From: Malacoraja senta
Lineage: Eukaryota
Direction of reading: 5' to 3'
Assembly (NCBI GenBank): GCA_038087875.1
Contig: CM075978.1
Coordinates: 79,732,001-79,796,000 of the forward strand
Length of the DNA: 64,000 bases
Both the position numbers and the translations under genes were made by a program. Positions 37,998 through 50,364 of the stretch are shown here, one piece after another (positions within the stretch are counted from its first letter, which is position 1; each line of letters starts with the position of its first letter). The notes beneath the pieces are model-generated. The model was not told the origin of the DNA. It saw only the letters and a program-made list of their open reading frames with translations, and did no database searches.

Positions 37998-38414
37998 AAT
38001 AATGAACTGCCAATTTATTTCATCTTTTTTTATGATTGACTGTGTTTTTTTCCTAATAAATTTGTTATTTCTCAATATTGCTCCCAGCAAAGTTCCCTTG
38101 GCTGCTGTTTGAAAGGTAGCTGTTTAACTTCACAAGTGAGTGTTCTTAACTTTTTTGTTACCAATGAGGATATCATGCCCCAAAGGGTGGATTTTACAAA
38201 TTAGTGCTCATAGAATAAAACTTCACCATGCAGGACTCTTTATCAGAATTTATCAAAATGACGATATTAATAAAAACGATCAGGAAATGGGTATCTCAAA
38301 GCCTGCAGCACTATGTAAGGATCTGTGCAGTTTATGTCTGTTTGCAACTGAGTTTCATCACAGTACTATTTATCTTAAGAGAATTATACAAGATATTCTC
38401 ATTGGAAGAACATT

Positions 38415-38740
38415 TTAGAGTCATAGAGTCATAGTGACATTGTGTGGAAACAGGCCATTCAACCCAACTTGCCCACACCGGCCAACATGTCCCAGCTTTA
38501 GTCCCAGCTGCCCGTGTTTGGTCCATATCCCTCTATACCTGTCGTATCCATGTACCTGGCTTACTCATTCTTAAGTGTTGGGATAGTCCCTCCCTCAACT
38601 ACCTCCTCTGGCAGCTTGTTCCATACACCCCCCACCCTTTGTGTGAAAATGTTACCACTCAGATTCCTATTAAATAGTTTCCCCTTCATCTTAAACCTAT
38701 GTCCTCTGGTCCTCAATTCACCTACTCTGGGCAAGAGTTT
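38415..38740 (-). mobile_element. CR1 LINE 3' fragment
   Basis: (AGAGTCAT)n tail followed by a reverse-orientation CR1 3' UTR. Confidence 0.8.
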
Positions 38741-39227
38741 CCTTTCTTAAAATATTCAGAAGCTCCATAGTTATCCAAAGGTGCTGATCTTCAATATTCC
38801 TCCATATATATCCACTGTTGGCCTGAAATAAAGCTCCTATTAAAGTGAGTGGGATGCCAAAATATTAGCCTTTACCAATTGAAGTCTCCATTGTCTTATA
38901 CTATTTGGGTACCTGAAAACTTCAAGTCCCAAAGTTCTTGGAGGTTGTGCATGTGGCCATCTGAAATATCGTTGGGGAAGCTCACCAGAGCTCAAGTCTA
39001 TGGTGGTTCTAGGGAACTGCTTGTAGAAGTACCAGGAATGGATGATTGGGATGCAAACAATTTGTGTGGTTGATAAATCTTCCTGTTAGGAACAAATGGA
39101 ATTAGGTTTAAGATAAATTTATTTTTGATCCAGGATCTGGCACTGGGTTTAAAGTTTATTACAGTGAAGATACCATCTACAAGATGGTATCTGGCTTTTG
39201 GTTTAAAAAAACAGTACTAATGATGAC

Positions 39228-41015
39228 AATAGGCAATAGACAATAGGTGCATGAGCCCCTAGAGCCAGCACAGTGATCATGGCAGATCATCCACAATCAG
39301 TACCCGGTTACTGCCTTCTCCCCATATCCCTTGACTCTGCTATCTTTAAGATCTCTATCTAATTCTCTCTTGAAAGCATCCAGAGAATTGGCCTCCACTG
39401 CCTTCTGAGGCGAAGAATTCCACAGATTCCAACTCTCTGGGTGAAAAAGTGTTTCCTCATCGTTCTAAATGGCCTACCCGTTATTCTTAAACTGTGGCCC
39501 CTGGTTCTGGATTCTCCCAACATAGGGAACATGTTTCCTGCCTCTAGCGTGTCCAATCCCTGAATAATCTTATATGTTTCAATATGATCCCCTCATCCTT
39601 CTAAATTCCATTCTATCAACATATGACTGTCCCGCCATCCCGGGAATTAACCTCGTGAACCTACGCTGCACTCCCTCAATAGTAAGAATGTCCTTCCTCA
39701 AATTTGGAGAACAAAACTGCATACAATACTCCATGTGTGGTCTCACTAGGGCCCTGTACAACTGCAGAAGGACCTCTTTGCTCCTATACTTAACTCCTCC
39801 TGTTATGAAGGCCAACATGCCTTTAGCTTTCTTCACTGCCTGCTGTACCTGCATGCTTACTTTCAATGACTGATGAACAAGGACCCCCGATCTCATTGTA
39901 CTTCCCCTTTTCCCAACTTGACACCATTCAGATAATAATCTGCCTTCCTGTTTTTGCCAAACAAGTGGATGACCTCACATTTATCCACATTAAACTGCAT
40001 CTACCATGCATCTGCCCACTCACCCATCCTATCCAAATTACCCTGCATCCTCATAGCATCCTCCTCACAGTTCACACTGCCACCCAGCCTTGTGTCATCC
40101 GTAAATTTGCTCATGTTACTTTTAATCCCTTCATCTAAATCATTAATATATATTGCAAATAGCTGCGGTCCCAGCACAGAGCCTTACGGTACCCCACTAG
40201 TCACTGCCTGCCATTCTGAAAGGGACTCGTTATTCCCTACTCTTTGTTTCCTGTCTGCCAACCAATTTTCTATCCATGTCAGTACTCTACCCCCAATACC
40301 CGGTGCTCTAATTTTGCCCACTATTCTCCTACATGGGACCTTATTAAAGGCTTTCTGAAAGTCCAGGTATACTATATCCACTGGCTCCCCCTTGTCCATT
40401 TTCCTAGTTGCATCCTCAAAAAAGTCCAGAAGATTAGTCAAGCATGATTTCCCCTTCGTAAATCCATGCTGACTCGGACCGATCCTGTTACTGCTATCCA
40501 AATGTGCCGCTATTTCATCTTTTATAATTGACGCCATCATATTGCCCACCACCGATGTCAGGCTAACTGGTCTATAATTCCCTGTTTTCTCTCTCTCTCC
40601 TTTCTTAAAAACTGGGATAACATTAGCTACCCTCCAATCCACCGGAACTGATCCTGAATCTATGGAAGGGAGAGAAAAGTGCTGGAGAAACTCAGTCTGA
40701 AGAAGGGTTTCGGCCCAAAACGTTGCCTATTTCCTTCGCTCCATAGATGCTGCTGCACCCGCTGAGTTTCTCCAGCACTTTTGTCTACCTTCGATTTTCC
40801 AGCATCTGCAGTTCCTTCTTAAACACTGAATCTGTAGAACATTGGAAAATGATCACCAATGCGTCCACGATTTCTAGAGATGCAGATCATCAGGCCCTGG
40901 GGATTTATCAGCCTTCAGTCCCATCAGTCTACCCAACACCATTTCCTGCCTAATGTGAATTTCCTTCAGTTCCTCTGTCACCCAAGGTCCTCTGGCGACT
41001 AGTACATCTGGGAGA
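39228..41015 (-). mobile_element. CR1 LINE ORF2 (RT) relic, about 1.8 kb
   Basis: NYRPVSLTS, QHGFTKGKSCLTNLL, YLDFQKAF, SGVP and LYRALVRPHMEYC, with stops and frameshifts. Confidence 0.93.
40668..40825 (+). mobile_element. Penelope-derived element nested in CR1
   Basis: TSD CTGAATCTATGGAA / CTGAATCTGTAGAA (40654-67, 40826-39). Contains CTGAAGAAGGGTTTCGGCCC and a short inverted 5' arm. Confidence 0.85.
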
Positions 41016-41037
41016 CTGAGCAATTGTTGGTGTGTTA

Positions 41038-41552
41038 AGGGCCTGTCTCACGAGCATGCGACCTAACGTGGTCGCCTGAGTCGTATGGCCTCGTGGGGCC
41101 GGTCCCACTTCGATCGCTGGGGCCGAATGGAGTTGTGCGGAGCTGGTCCCGACATCGCGTGGGGCTCCGAAAAACTGACTGTTCAAAAATTAAGCGCGGC
41201 AACGGCCTGCCGGCCCGCAGCCGCCTCGACGCCGTACGCACCGCCTTGATGGGCGTGCGCAGCGTCGCGATGCCGTACGCAGCGTCTCGACGCCGTACAC
41301 AGCGTCTCGACGCCGTACGCAGCGTCTTAACGCCGTACGTCACGCGCGAACTTCCCGCGGACTTCGCTCGAACTTCACATCACTCACTCGACCTCCGCGC
41401 AGCCCCCGCTTCCGGTTTGGTCGCGCTCACTGCATGCAGTCGCATGCTGGTGGGACAGGCCCTGTACGGGGATCACTCGACCTCCGCACGGCCCCCGCTT
41501 CCGGTTTGGTCGCGCTTGCTGCATGCAGTCGCATGCTCGTGGGACAGGCCCT
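41038..41552. mobile_element. PIF/Harbinger MITE with duplicated right end
   Basis: TIRs AGGGCCTGTCTCACGAGCATGCGAC / GTCGCATGCTCGTGGGACAGGCCCT. TTA TSD. Internal 20-bp tandem CGCAGCGTCTCGACGCCGTA. Confidence 0.92.
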
Positions 41553-41684
41553 TTAGAGATGCATGGATGATTTAGATGAGGGTTGACGACTACAGGCAGA
41601 AGAGATGAGCTCAGGTTATGCTCCATGAGTCTACTGGGAACGACACCAGAAGAACACCTCCCATCAATGTCATGCATCCTGAAA

Positions 41685-42080
41685 GCAATGAGGGGGGACC
41701 TCAATGAAATGTATAGAATAGTGAAAGGATTGGATAGAGTGGATGTGGAGAGGATGTTTCCAGTAGTGTGAGAGTCTAGGACTAGAGGTCATAGCCTCAT
41801 AATTAAAGGACGTTCTTTTAGGAAGGAGATGAGGAGAAATTGCTTTAGTCAGAGGGTGGTGAATCTGTGGAATTGTTTGCCACAGAAGGCTGTGGAGGCC
41901 ATCAGTGGATATTTCAAAGGCAGAGATAGATAGATTGTTGATTAGTACGTGTCAGAGGTTATGGGGAGAAGGCAGGAGAATGGAGTTAGGAGGCAGAGAT
42001 AGATCAGCCATGATTGTATGGCAGGGTAGACTTGATGGGCCGAATGGTCTAATTCTACTCCTATCACATGATCTTATGAC
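41685..42080 (+). mobile_element. CR1 LINE 3' fragment
   Basis: MRGDLNEMYRIVKGLDRVDVERMFP followed by the 3' UTR. Confidence 0.9.
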
Positions 42081-42697
42081 ATTATGACACTTATCATTAG
42101 AACTCTGGTCAGTAAAGGTGACAAATGTCTGCAGACAAACCTCTGGTTGGACATTCAAGCCTCAGCAGCACTTCCTATAGTTGAGGGTCACTGTCACCTT
42201 GTACTTCCCAGCCCCTCTGATTTATGCCGCACCTACCCTTTTGCAGCTCATGCTGCATACTGGACATCATGATGTTTTCCTCTGAAGGAGAGGGTAGCTC
42301 ATCATCAACCTCTCTTCAAGCATTCGGTTTCCCATAGATCCAGCAATAAAACGCTCCACTCACTTTTTGGTCTAGGCTGCACGAATGAACCCAGAGATCT
42401 TGTGAAATTCCAAAAGGCTCTCGTGCCCTGAACATACAGATCTGTGCGTATTGAAACCTCACCGTCAAGGTCGTGCGTCCTGCAAGCAAGCATTGTGTTC
42501 TATCCCAGGTTGTTGAGAAAGGGAGATTGCAGGGGCTTTGATGAAGATCTTTGTATCTTCTCTAACCAAAGGCATAGTTCTGGAGGGGTGGAGCGTAGCC
42601 AATGTTGTTCCGTTGGTTAAGAAGAGAAGTAGAGATAATCCAGGACATTGCAGGCCGGTGAGTATTGGAGAGTATTTAAAAAGAGAATGGGTTAATT

Positions 42698-42980
42698 AGG
42701 GTGGACAAAAATGCTGGAGAAACTCAGCGGGTGAGGCAGCATCTATGGAGCGAAGGAATAGGTGATGTTTCGGGTTGAGACCCTTCTTCTGACTGATGAG
42801 GGGATGGGGGGGGGGGGGGAAGAAGAAAGGAAGAGGCGGAGACAGTGGGCTGTGGGAGAGCAGGGAAGGGGAGGGGAAGGAGGGAGAAAGCAAGGACTAT
42901 CTGAAATTGGAGGTCAATGTTCATACCGCTGGGGTGTAAACTACTCAAGCGAAATATGAGGTGCTGCTCCTCCAATTTGG
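42698..42980 (-). mobile_element. Penelope 3' end: GIY-YIG C-terminus followed by pLTR
   Basis: KLEEQHLIFRLSSLHPSGMNID lies directly upstream of a hammerhead-like segment (TCAGAAGAAGGGTCTCAACCCGAAAC) and the pLTR arm. Confidence 0.85.
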
Positions 42981-43019
42981 GATAATTAGGGACAATTTGT
43001 ATTGAGGCACAGAGGGATT

Positions 43020-43595
43020 TTAATGGTAAAATAGGCATTTGTAGTGGGGAATTGAGTATAAGAGTCTGGAAGTCATGTTGCAGCTTTATAAAACTTTTGC
43101 ATTTGGTAAGGCTGCAATCGTTTGCAGTTCTGGTCACCAAGTCACAGAAAGGATGTGGAGGTTTTGATGAGGGCAGAGCAGAAATTTACCCGAATGCTGC
43201 CTGGATTAGAGTGTATTAACTATGAGGAGATTTTGAACATACATGGTTTATTTTCTTTGGAGCATCAGAGGTTGAGGAGAGATGTGAGAGAAGTGTACAA
43301 TATTATGAGAGGCATCGTTAGGGGTAGACAGTCAGAACCATTTTCCCAGGGTGGAAATGTCAATAGGGGGCATAACTATAAGGTCAGAGTATGGTGCATA
43401 CCTGGAACATATTGCTAGGGGTGGGAGTGGAAGCAGATACGATTGAGGCATTTGAGGTTTTTAGATAGGCATATGGATATGCAGGAAATAGAGGGAGATG
43501 CATCACATGCAAGCAAAGGAGATTAGTTTCACTTGGCATCATGTTTGGCACAGGAATTGTGGATCGAAGGGCCAGTTCCTGTGCAGTACTGTCCC
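43020..43595 (+). mobile_element. Degraded CR1 fragment
   Basis: QFWSP..RKDVEVL...FTRMLPGLE. Confidence 0.8.
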
Positions 43596-43597
43596 AT

Positions 43598-43905
43598 ATT
43601 TAGTTTAGTTTAGTTTAGAGATACAGCACAGAAACAGGCCCTTCGGCCCACCGAGTCCGCATCAAGTCCGCACTGACCAGCGATCCCCGCACATTAACAC
43701 TATCCTACACACACTAGGGCAATTTACACATACACCAAGCCAATTAACCTACATACCTGCACGTCTTTGGAGTGTGGGAGGAAACCGAAGATCTCGGAGA
43801 AAACCCACACGGTCATGGGGAGAACGTACAACTCAGTACAGACAGGACCCGTAATTGGGATCTAACCCGGGTCTTCAGCGCTGCAAGGCAACAACTCTAC
43901 CACCG
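43598..43905 (-). mobile_element. V-SINE
   Basis: (TTTAG)n tail and the V-domain in reverse. Confidence 0.88.
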
Positions 43906-44724
43906 CATGGGTCATTCTATAATCTGTTCATTGTGAGGTAGTCTGTTGTGGCTGTCACACCTGCCACTGATGTTGCTGAGCCAGATGGGAAGATAACACC
44001 AGTGATCAAAGGCCTAGCTTCTACCCTTGACTTCTCTGTTCTTGACTCCTCACTCTGGGTCATGCTGAAGGTTACAAATACAATGGCGGACCGCCAGAAG
44101 CATCTATAATGGAAGGTGACATTCAAGATGAAATATCGCAGCCCAATTAGCTCATGGGCACTTGCAGTATTCTCCAGAGAGTCCTGTTGTTCATCACCAC
44201 CTCCATTGTGGGAAAACCGACTCAGGGGCTCCCAACAGGGTTGGTTGGATTCCCCATACTCAAAGACATCTTAGTCAAACTTTCAGCAGGTGTGTCGGTC
44301 TCTTCATACATCATTTTCATCTTTCATCCCTAACTTGCCTTTATCCTCCAAAACGGAACTGGTATGAGGACTTTGTCCTCTGCAGAGCTGACAGTCCGGC
44401 TGCCCTTTCCCCAGGCATTCTTCTCATTCCTTTAGGGGATGTAGACCTTACTGACACAGCCAAATTTATCACCCACGCCTTGAACAGAATGGCTTGCTAG
44501 ATTATTTGGGAGTTAAGATTCAGTCGCTCTGTTGGTTTGTGGCTACATATACCAGGAAGGGAAAATAGATTTCATAATTTGACATAATTTGCACAATAGC
44601 TGCCCATGATAATTGACATGATGCTGCAGATATGACACAGTGTGCGATCTTTTATTTTAAAGTCTTCTCATGTTCTTTATCTGAGCTGGTCAAAAGGCAA
44701 CTTTATTATTAAAGGCTAATAATA

Positions 44725-45520
44725 TCATAAGATCATAAGATCATGTGATACGAGCAGAATTAGGCCATTCGGCCAACGTCTACTCTTCCATTCAATCATG
44801 GTTGATCTATCTCTCCCTCCTAATCACATTCTCTTGCCTTCTCCCCATGACCTCTGATACCCATACTAGTCAAGAATCTATCTATCTCTGCCTTAAATAT
44901 ATCCACTGACTTTGCCTCCACAGCTTTCTGTGGCAAAGAATTCCACAGATTCACCACCCTCTGACTAAAGAAATTCCTCCTTATCTCTTTCCTAAAAGAA
45001 TGTCCTTTAATTCTGAGGCTATAACCTCTAGTCCAAGACTCTCCCTCTAGTGGAAACATCCTCTCCACATCCACTCTATACAAGCTTTTCACGATTCTGT
45101 ATGTTTCAATGAGTTTCCCCCTCATACTGCTCAACTCCAGTGAGTACAGGCCCAGTGCTGACAAACGCTCATCAAAGGTTAACGTACTCATTCCTTGAAT
45201 CATTCTTGTAAACATCCTCTGGACCCTCTCCAGAGCCAGCACATCCTTCCTCAGATATGGCGCCCAGAATTACTCACAATATTCCAAATGCAGCCTTACC
45301 AGCACCTTATAGAGCTTCAACATTACATCTCTGTTTTTGTATACATGCCCTCTCGAAATAAATGCTAGCATTGCGTTTGCTTTCTTTACTACCGATTCAA
45401 GAGTCAAGTCAAGAGAGTTTTATTGTCATTCGACTTGCAGATTAACTTTTTGGGAATCCTGCACCAGCACTCCCAAGTTCCTTTGCACCTCCAATTTCTG
45501 GATTCGCTCCCCATTTACAA
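44725..45520 (-). mobile_element. CR1 LINE 3' fragment
   Basis: ORF 44820-45242: LALERVQRMFTRMI...FFSQRVVNLWNSLP. Confidence 0.92.
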
Positions 45521-46344
45521 AATAATATATGATAAAACTACGATAAAAATATCTGTTTAAAAGCTTGTTTTAACAATAACAAACACCAAAAAGCAAATCT
45601 GTATAAAGAGTGCAATTGATGTGCACTGTGAGAAACATAATAGAATACACAAAATTATTTTAGGTGTTTGTCTGCCCACAGAACTGTTCAAATAAATCCA
45701 TAAATAATGAGTAATTGACTCACACAGCAGAGAAGCAGCCAGAACTGGCAAAAAAAGACAAATATTGCTAATTTATCCTGGTCATTATTTATATACTTCA
45801 GGACCAACATTAATACAGAACATAAGATAGCCACAAGTAAAATCCTTCAACAAACTTGCAAGGTTGCAGTCTCACAGCCCATGAAAGGTTTGTCTTTTAC
45901 AATTCAAAGCTCCATCTCTTCACCAGGCAACTGCAGGAGCTCCCCACCCCCTTTACTGAAGTGAGTATTCATCAATCTGCAAAGAAAACGTGTGAGGCAG
46001 TTTTTTAAAATTAGTTGGAATGTTATTGTGCACATTAAATTTTACAGATATCCCACTGGTTTATTGCAGATTATAATTGTAGGGATGCCATTAATGTGCA
46101 AGAATTAGTTACGCATGTAAACTAACTGTGGAAATCTCATTTTAGTGAATTGATATGATGCCTTAGATATTAAAGACATTTCCATTATCCAAAAGGAAAG
46201 TTTAATTATGCTTAAAATTCTTCTCTTCCCTTTAAAAAAAATTATCATACAATTTGATGCTTTCCTGTATGTGGCTTTCTTTGCAGAGCTGGTGCGAATG
46301 GTCCCAAATGCAGGCTTCTTCTTAACTGATGTTAATGTAATTTA

Positions 46345-46710
46345 GGTTCAAGGAACTGAAGATGCCAGAGTCATGTGTAGGACATAAAGTGCTGGAGTAA
46401 CTCAATGGGTCAGGCAGCATATCTGGAGGACCTGGATACCTGTCATAAGAGAATCCTTTAAACCTTAGTCTTAAGTAGTCAACTATATCTGAACTCCACA
46501 AGATAGACTCAAAGTGTTGGTGCAACTCAGCGGGTCAGGCTACATCTCTGGAGAAAAAGGATGTGACGTTTTGGGTCGGAACGCGGTCTGAAGAAGGGTT
46601 CTGACCCAAAACATCTTTTCTCTTCACAGATGCTGCCTGACCTGCTGAGTTACTCCAGCACTTTGTGTCTATCTTCGGTATAAACCAGCATCTGCAATTC
46701 CTTCCTACAT
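46345..46710. mobile_element. Penelope-derived arm plus palindromic element
   Basis: Arm at 46345-46440. Palindrome at about 46500-46710 with GGTCTGAAGAAGGGTTCTGACCC. TCTGAACT..ACAA repeated on both flanks. Confidence 0.8.
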
Positions 46711-47792
46711 ATTTTGTCTGAACTGTACAATACGAGGTGAAGTATCTGAAATGGCAAATCCTTGGACTTCAACTTATAATTGTTGATTGGGAATCAAACA
46801 CTATGCTATCTGACAGATGTTTACCTATTTATTATGAAATTTTCAGTGTAAAGAATTTGTTTTATTCTTGATCAAAGTTGTAGGTTAGTTAAAGCTTTAA
46901 CATACGATTCACTAATCACCTTAATCTATCTTCGGAGGTATTTATTTGTAACTTTAAGATAAGCCAAGAACAATTATAGGCATCACATTTTGTTTCAAAA
47001 CCTGATATGAACTTTCAGTATTTTAATATTTATGGTGAATGCTTAAGTAAGCAAGGATGGATAGAACAAGCATTACTAAAGGCAATCATACAAATAATCA
47101 CATGTTTCTTTGATTAGAAAGTTAACATAAACTTCATTGTGGCTTTTATGCACTGAGTACATTCATATATGAATTGACATCCAATTAAATGAAGCTCTGC
47201 ATTGAATGTTTTTTTTAAAATTCTACTTTTTTAATACTTGTCCTAAATCTTGTACAAGAGGTGGTTTTGTACCAAGTATGCTGCAAGTCACACTGCAGTT
47301 CGCCCATTCCAGCGTGAATGAATTGCAGATTACTGTGCCTCGTTATATACAATAGGAGTCACAGTGTACTTCAAAAGATTACTTCAATGAGAATATGTAA
47401 TATTCATGACTGCAGGCTGCCTTTGTTCTGTCATTCATTGTAGCAATGCCACAGAGAAACTGTTTTTAAAATCATCAAGCAATGTTTAACATAAATCCAA
47501 ATACAAATTTAATCTGCTTATTTTTAGAGCTTCTATCATATTCTTTACATATTGGCACAGAATTTAGTGCCGCAAAGCCATATGCTCCTTTTAAATCAGT
47601 ACAAATATCATGGCCTGCAAATTCAGTGTCATTTAGGGGTGTTTATCAGTGTCTTAAGGATAGGGCAGGCATGTTCATTGAAAGCAGAAGTAGGCCACTG
47701 TATCTACTATATCAAGCAGCTTAACGGCAGCAAGGCACACAGGAGAACTGCAAAAATGGCAATTAAAAATATTTAAATAAGAGACCCACACT

Positions 47793-48620
47793 TGTTAAAT
47801 AAGACCCAGAATCTGAAAGAACACCTCTATTACCTTCTGGAGAGCTGACAGAGAATTGCTGAAGTCAGTCTGTTAGAAACTGCTGACTCACATCCAGAAT
47901 TCTCTGCAACTTCTCGTGAACTCAAGGTTAGAACTGACTACAACTAAGTACCAGTCTGAAGAAGGGTCTCGACCCAAAACATCACCTATGCCTTTTCTCC
48001 AGAGATGCTGTCTGACCCACTGAGTTGCTCCAGCTTTTTGTGTCTATCTACAGTTTCAACCAGCATCTGCAGTTCCTTCCTACGCAACTAAGTACGATCT
48101 GTGAACAACAACCCCTTCTTTGGACAAGGTAATGAGGTATTGCCAAGTGACTTCCTTGGACCAGGACCAATAAAAAAGAAACAGGGTCTGCCGGGAATAG
48201 TTTTCGGTCAGTGAGAGAGTCAGATAAGTTAGTTAAATTAATGTGTGGTTAAAATAAGCTTGTACACAAGTGTAGTGTAGGATTCATCTCTGCTTTTCTG
48301 AATATATAACATCTGTAAACTACAAATAGAGAAGCCTTGAAATCTTCGAGCATTATTAAATAGTATGTTTGTAATGTAAAGGTCAAACAGGCAGTGTTAG
48401 CTAAAATGGAAATGTCATCTGAATTATCAGTCATGTGCATGCATTTCAGGGTAATGTAAGGGTTAAAAAGATGGTCAGGTTAAATGGTTAAGAAGGAACT
48501 GCAGATGCTGTCTCGACCCGAAACGTTGCCTATTTCCTTCGCTCCATAAATGCTGCCTCACCCTCGGTATGTTTGCTTTTCAGCTAAATTAATGGCACAC
48601 AAGCAAATAGCATTTTAACA
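47793..48620 (+). mobile_element. Putative 5' LTR of an endogenous retrovirus
   Basis: Begins TGTTAAA and ends TTTAACA (terminal inverted repeat), immediately before a PBS. No partner LTR is seen, so the left edge is inferred. Confidence 0.5.
47952..48084 (+). mobile_element. Solo Penelope-derived arm with hammerhead-like core
   Basis: Perfect 11-bp TSD CAACTAAGTAC (47941-51, 48085-95). Starts CAGTCTGAAGAAGGGTCTCGACCC. Confidence 0.9.
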
Positions 48621-48622
48621 AT

Positions 48623-48640
48623 TGGCGTAGTTGATAGGAT
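48623..48640 (+). promoter_or_regulatory. Retroviral primer-binding site, tRNA-Ser
   Basis: TGGCGTAGTTGATAGGAT matches the tRNA-Ser complement TGGCGTAGTCGGCAGGAT at 15/18 positions. It lies 2 nt after the CA end of the LTR. Confidence 0.7.
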
Positions 48641-49325
48641 CGCTGAAAGAAAGATCTGGACCCTTCATATCTGCGCCTCCGGAGGTAAGGACTCCTCTTC
48701 ATTAAAATGTCCTCTGCTGTCCGATGTGTGTTTCTCCACGCAATCACGCATCTCTCAGGTTTGGTATGTGTCTCAGGAGCCTATTTTCAACCAGTCTGAA
48801 GTAAGTCATGGTAATTGTAATTAACCAACCCAGCTAATAGTCACCCGGCTCGCTCGAGACCCTGGTTACTTGCGGCCGACAATCAATTACCAACACCTCC
48901 CATCTCCTTCGTGGGCATCTTACCCAGTATTGGAACTGGAAGAGTGTGGTGTCCTGGTAAGGTCACATAGTACCTCCGACAGTATTGTGTGGCCAGTACG
49001 AAAACCAAATGGGACCTGGCTTACCATCGACTATTGATGGGCTAATCAGTACATCGACCAGAAGGCTCCTTGGGTGGCCGACCTTACTATAATATGTACT
49101 ACCTTGATACCAGTAGACCAATGGTTCTCCATAATTGACATGGTCAATGGGTTCTGGTCAGTGCCACTCACACCGGAGATCCAACCATGGTTCGCCTTAT
49201 AGATAATTCTAGGAGCACCCAATCTCTACGTAATCTGAGCCAGCCTGGTCAACCCTTCCAAAGAGAGACACAAAGTTCTGGAATAACTCAGCAGGACAGG
49301 TGGCATCTCTGGATGGAAGGAATGG

Positions 49326-49357
49326 GTGATGTTTCGGGTCGAGACCCTTCTTCAGAC
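49326..49357 (-). ncRNA. Minimal hammerhead ribozyme-like motif with intact core boxes, within a Penelope-derived arm (49265-49358)
   Basis: Minus strand reads GT-CTGAAGA-A-GGGT(CTCG)ACCC-GAAAC-ATC-ACC. Confidence 0.6.
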
Positions 49358-49786
49358 TGGTCAACCATTCTACTATGCTTCCATTTCCTGAAGAGGAAAG
49401 AGGGGGAGAGGAACTAAACAGTCTGGAAATCTTGAAGGAAACTGAAGAATTAGGTTTGGTGGTGGAAACACCATTGCAGAATCCTGAGCTGATCATTTTT
49501 ATGGACGCTCTTCCTTTGTTGATAATGGCATCAGGAAAGCAGGATGGGCTGTTGCCAGCCTACACAAGGTAATGGCGATGGGATGTCTATCATAGAGAAC
49601 TTCAGACCAACAAGATGAGTTAAGAGACCTGTCAGAAGCATGTTGAATAACAGCGGGACAGTCGGCTAGCATCTATATGGACAGATATTCCTTTGAAGTG
49701 GTGCATGACTGGACAGCTATGGAGGAAAAGAGGGTTTCTCACTAACAGGTACTGCCATCTAGAATGGAAAATAAGTCCGAGACTTA

Positions 49787-50364
49787 TGCCCCGTCCCACT
49801 TAGGAAACCTGAACGGAAACCTCTGGAGACTTTGCGCCCCACCCAAGGTTTCCGTGCGGTTCCCGGAGGTTTTTGCCAGTCTCCCTAATGGTCGAAAGTG
49901 GTTTCCGTTTCTTCTATGTTCCGGCGATTATTTCAAAAAATTCAAAACTGTCCGCGACTAAAAATAGGTTGCCGTTTTAAAAATCGGTAATTTTTTAGTC
50001 GAAGCCGGTTTCGATGCTAGTTGAAGGTGGTTGCCGGAGGTTGCAGGTGGTTGCCGGAGGTTGCAGGTAGTGGAAGGTAAGACCTTCCACTATCTGCAAC
50101 CTCCGGCAACCACCTTCAACGAGCATCGCAACCGGCTTCGACTAAAAAATTACCGATTATTAAAACGGCAAACTATTTTTAGTCGCGGCCAGTTTTTAAT
50201 TTTTTGAAATAATTGCCGGAACATAGAAGAAGCGGAAACCACTTTCGACCATTTGGGAGACTGCCAAAAACCTCCGGGAACCTCCGGGAACCGCACGGAA
50301 ACCTTAGGTGGGGCGCAAAGTCTCCAGACGTATCCGTTCGGGTTTCCTAAGTGGGATAGGGGCA
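49787..50364. mobile_element. Fully palindromic PIF/Harbinger MITE
   Basis: TGCCCCGTCCCACTTAGGAAACC ... GGTTTCCTAAGTGGGATAGGGGCA. TTA TSD at 49784-86 and 50365-67. The arms pair almost to the centre. Confidence 0.93.

Noticed and set aside
39168-39192. Perfect 11-bp hairpin AGATACCATCT-ACA-AGATGGTATCT
   Set aside because: Isolated, with no TSD or second copy; no function can be assigned.
41093-41575. 160-aa ORF and 20-bp tandem repeats resembling a CRISPR array
   Set aside because: The repeats are contiguous with no unique spacers and lie inside a TTA-flanked MITE in vertebrate DNA. The ORF reflects high GC content.
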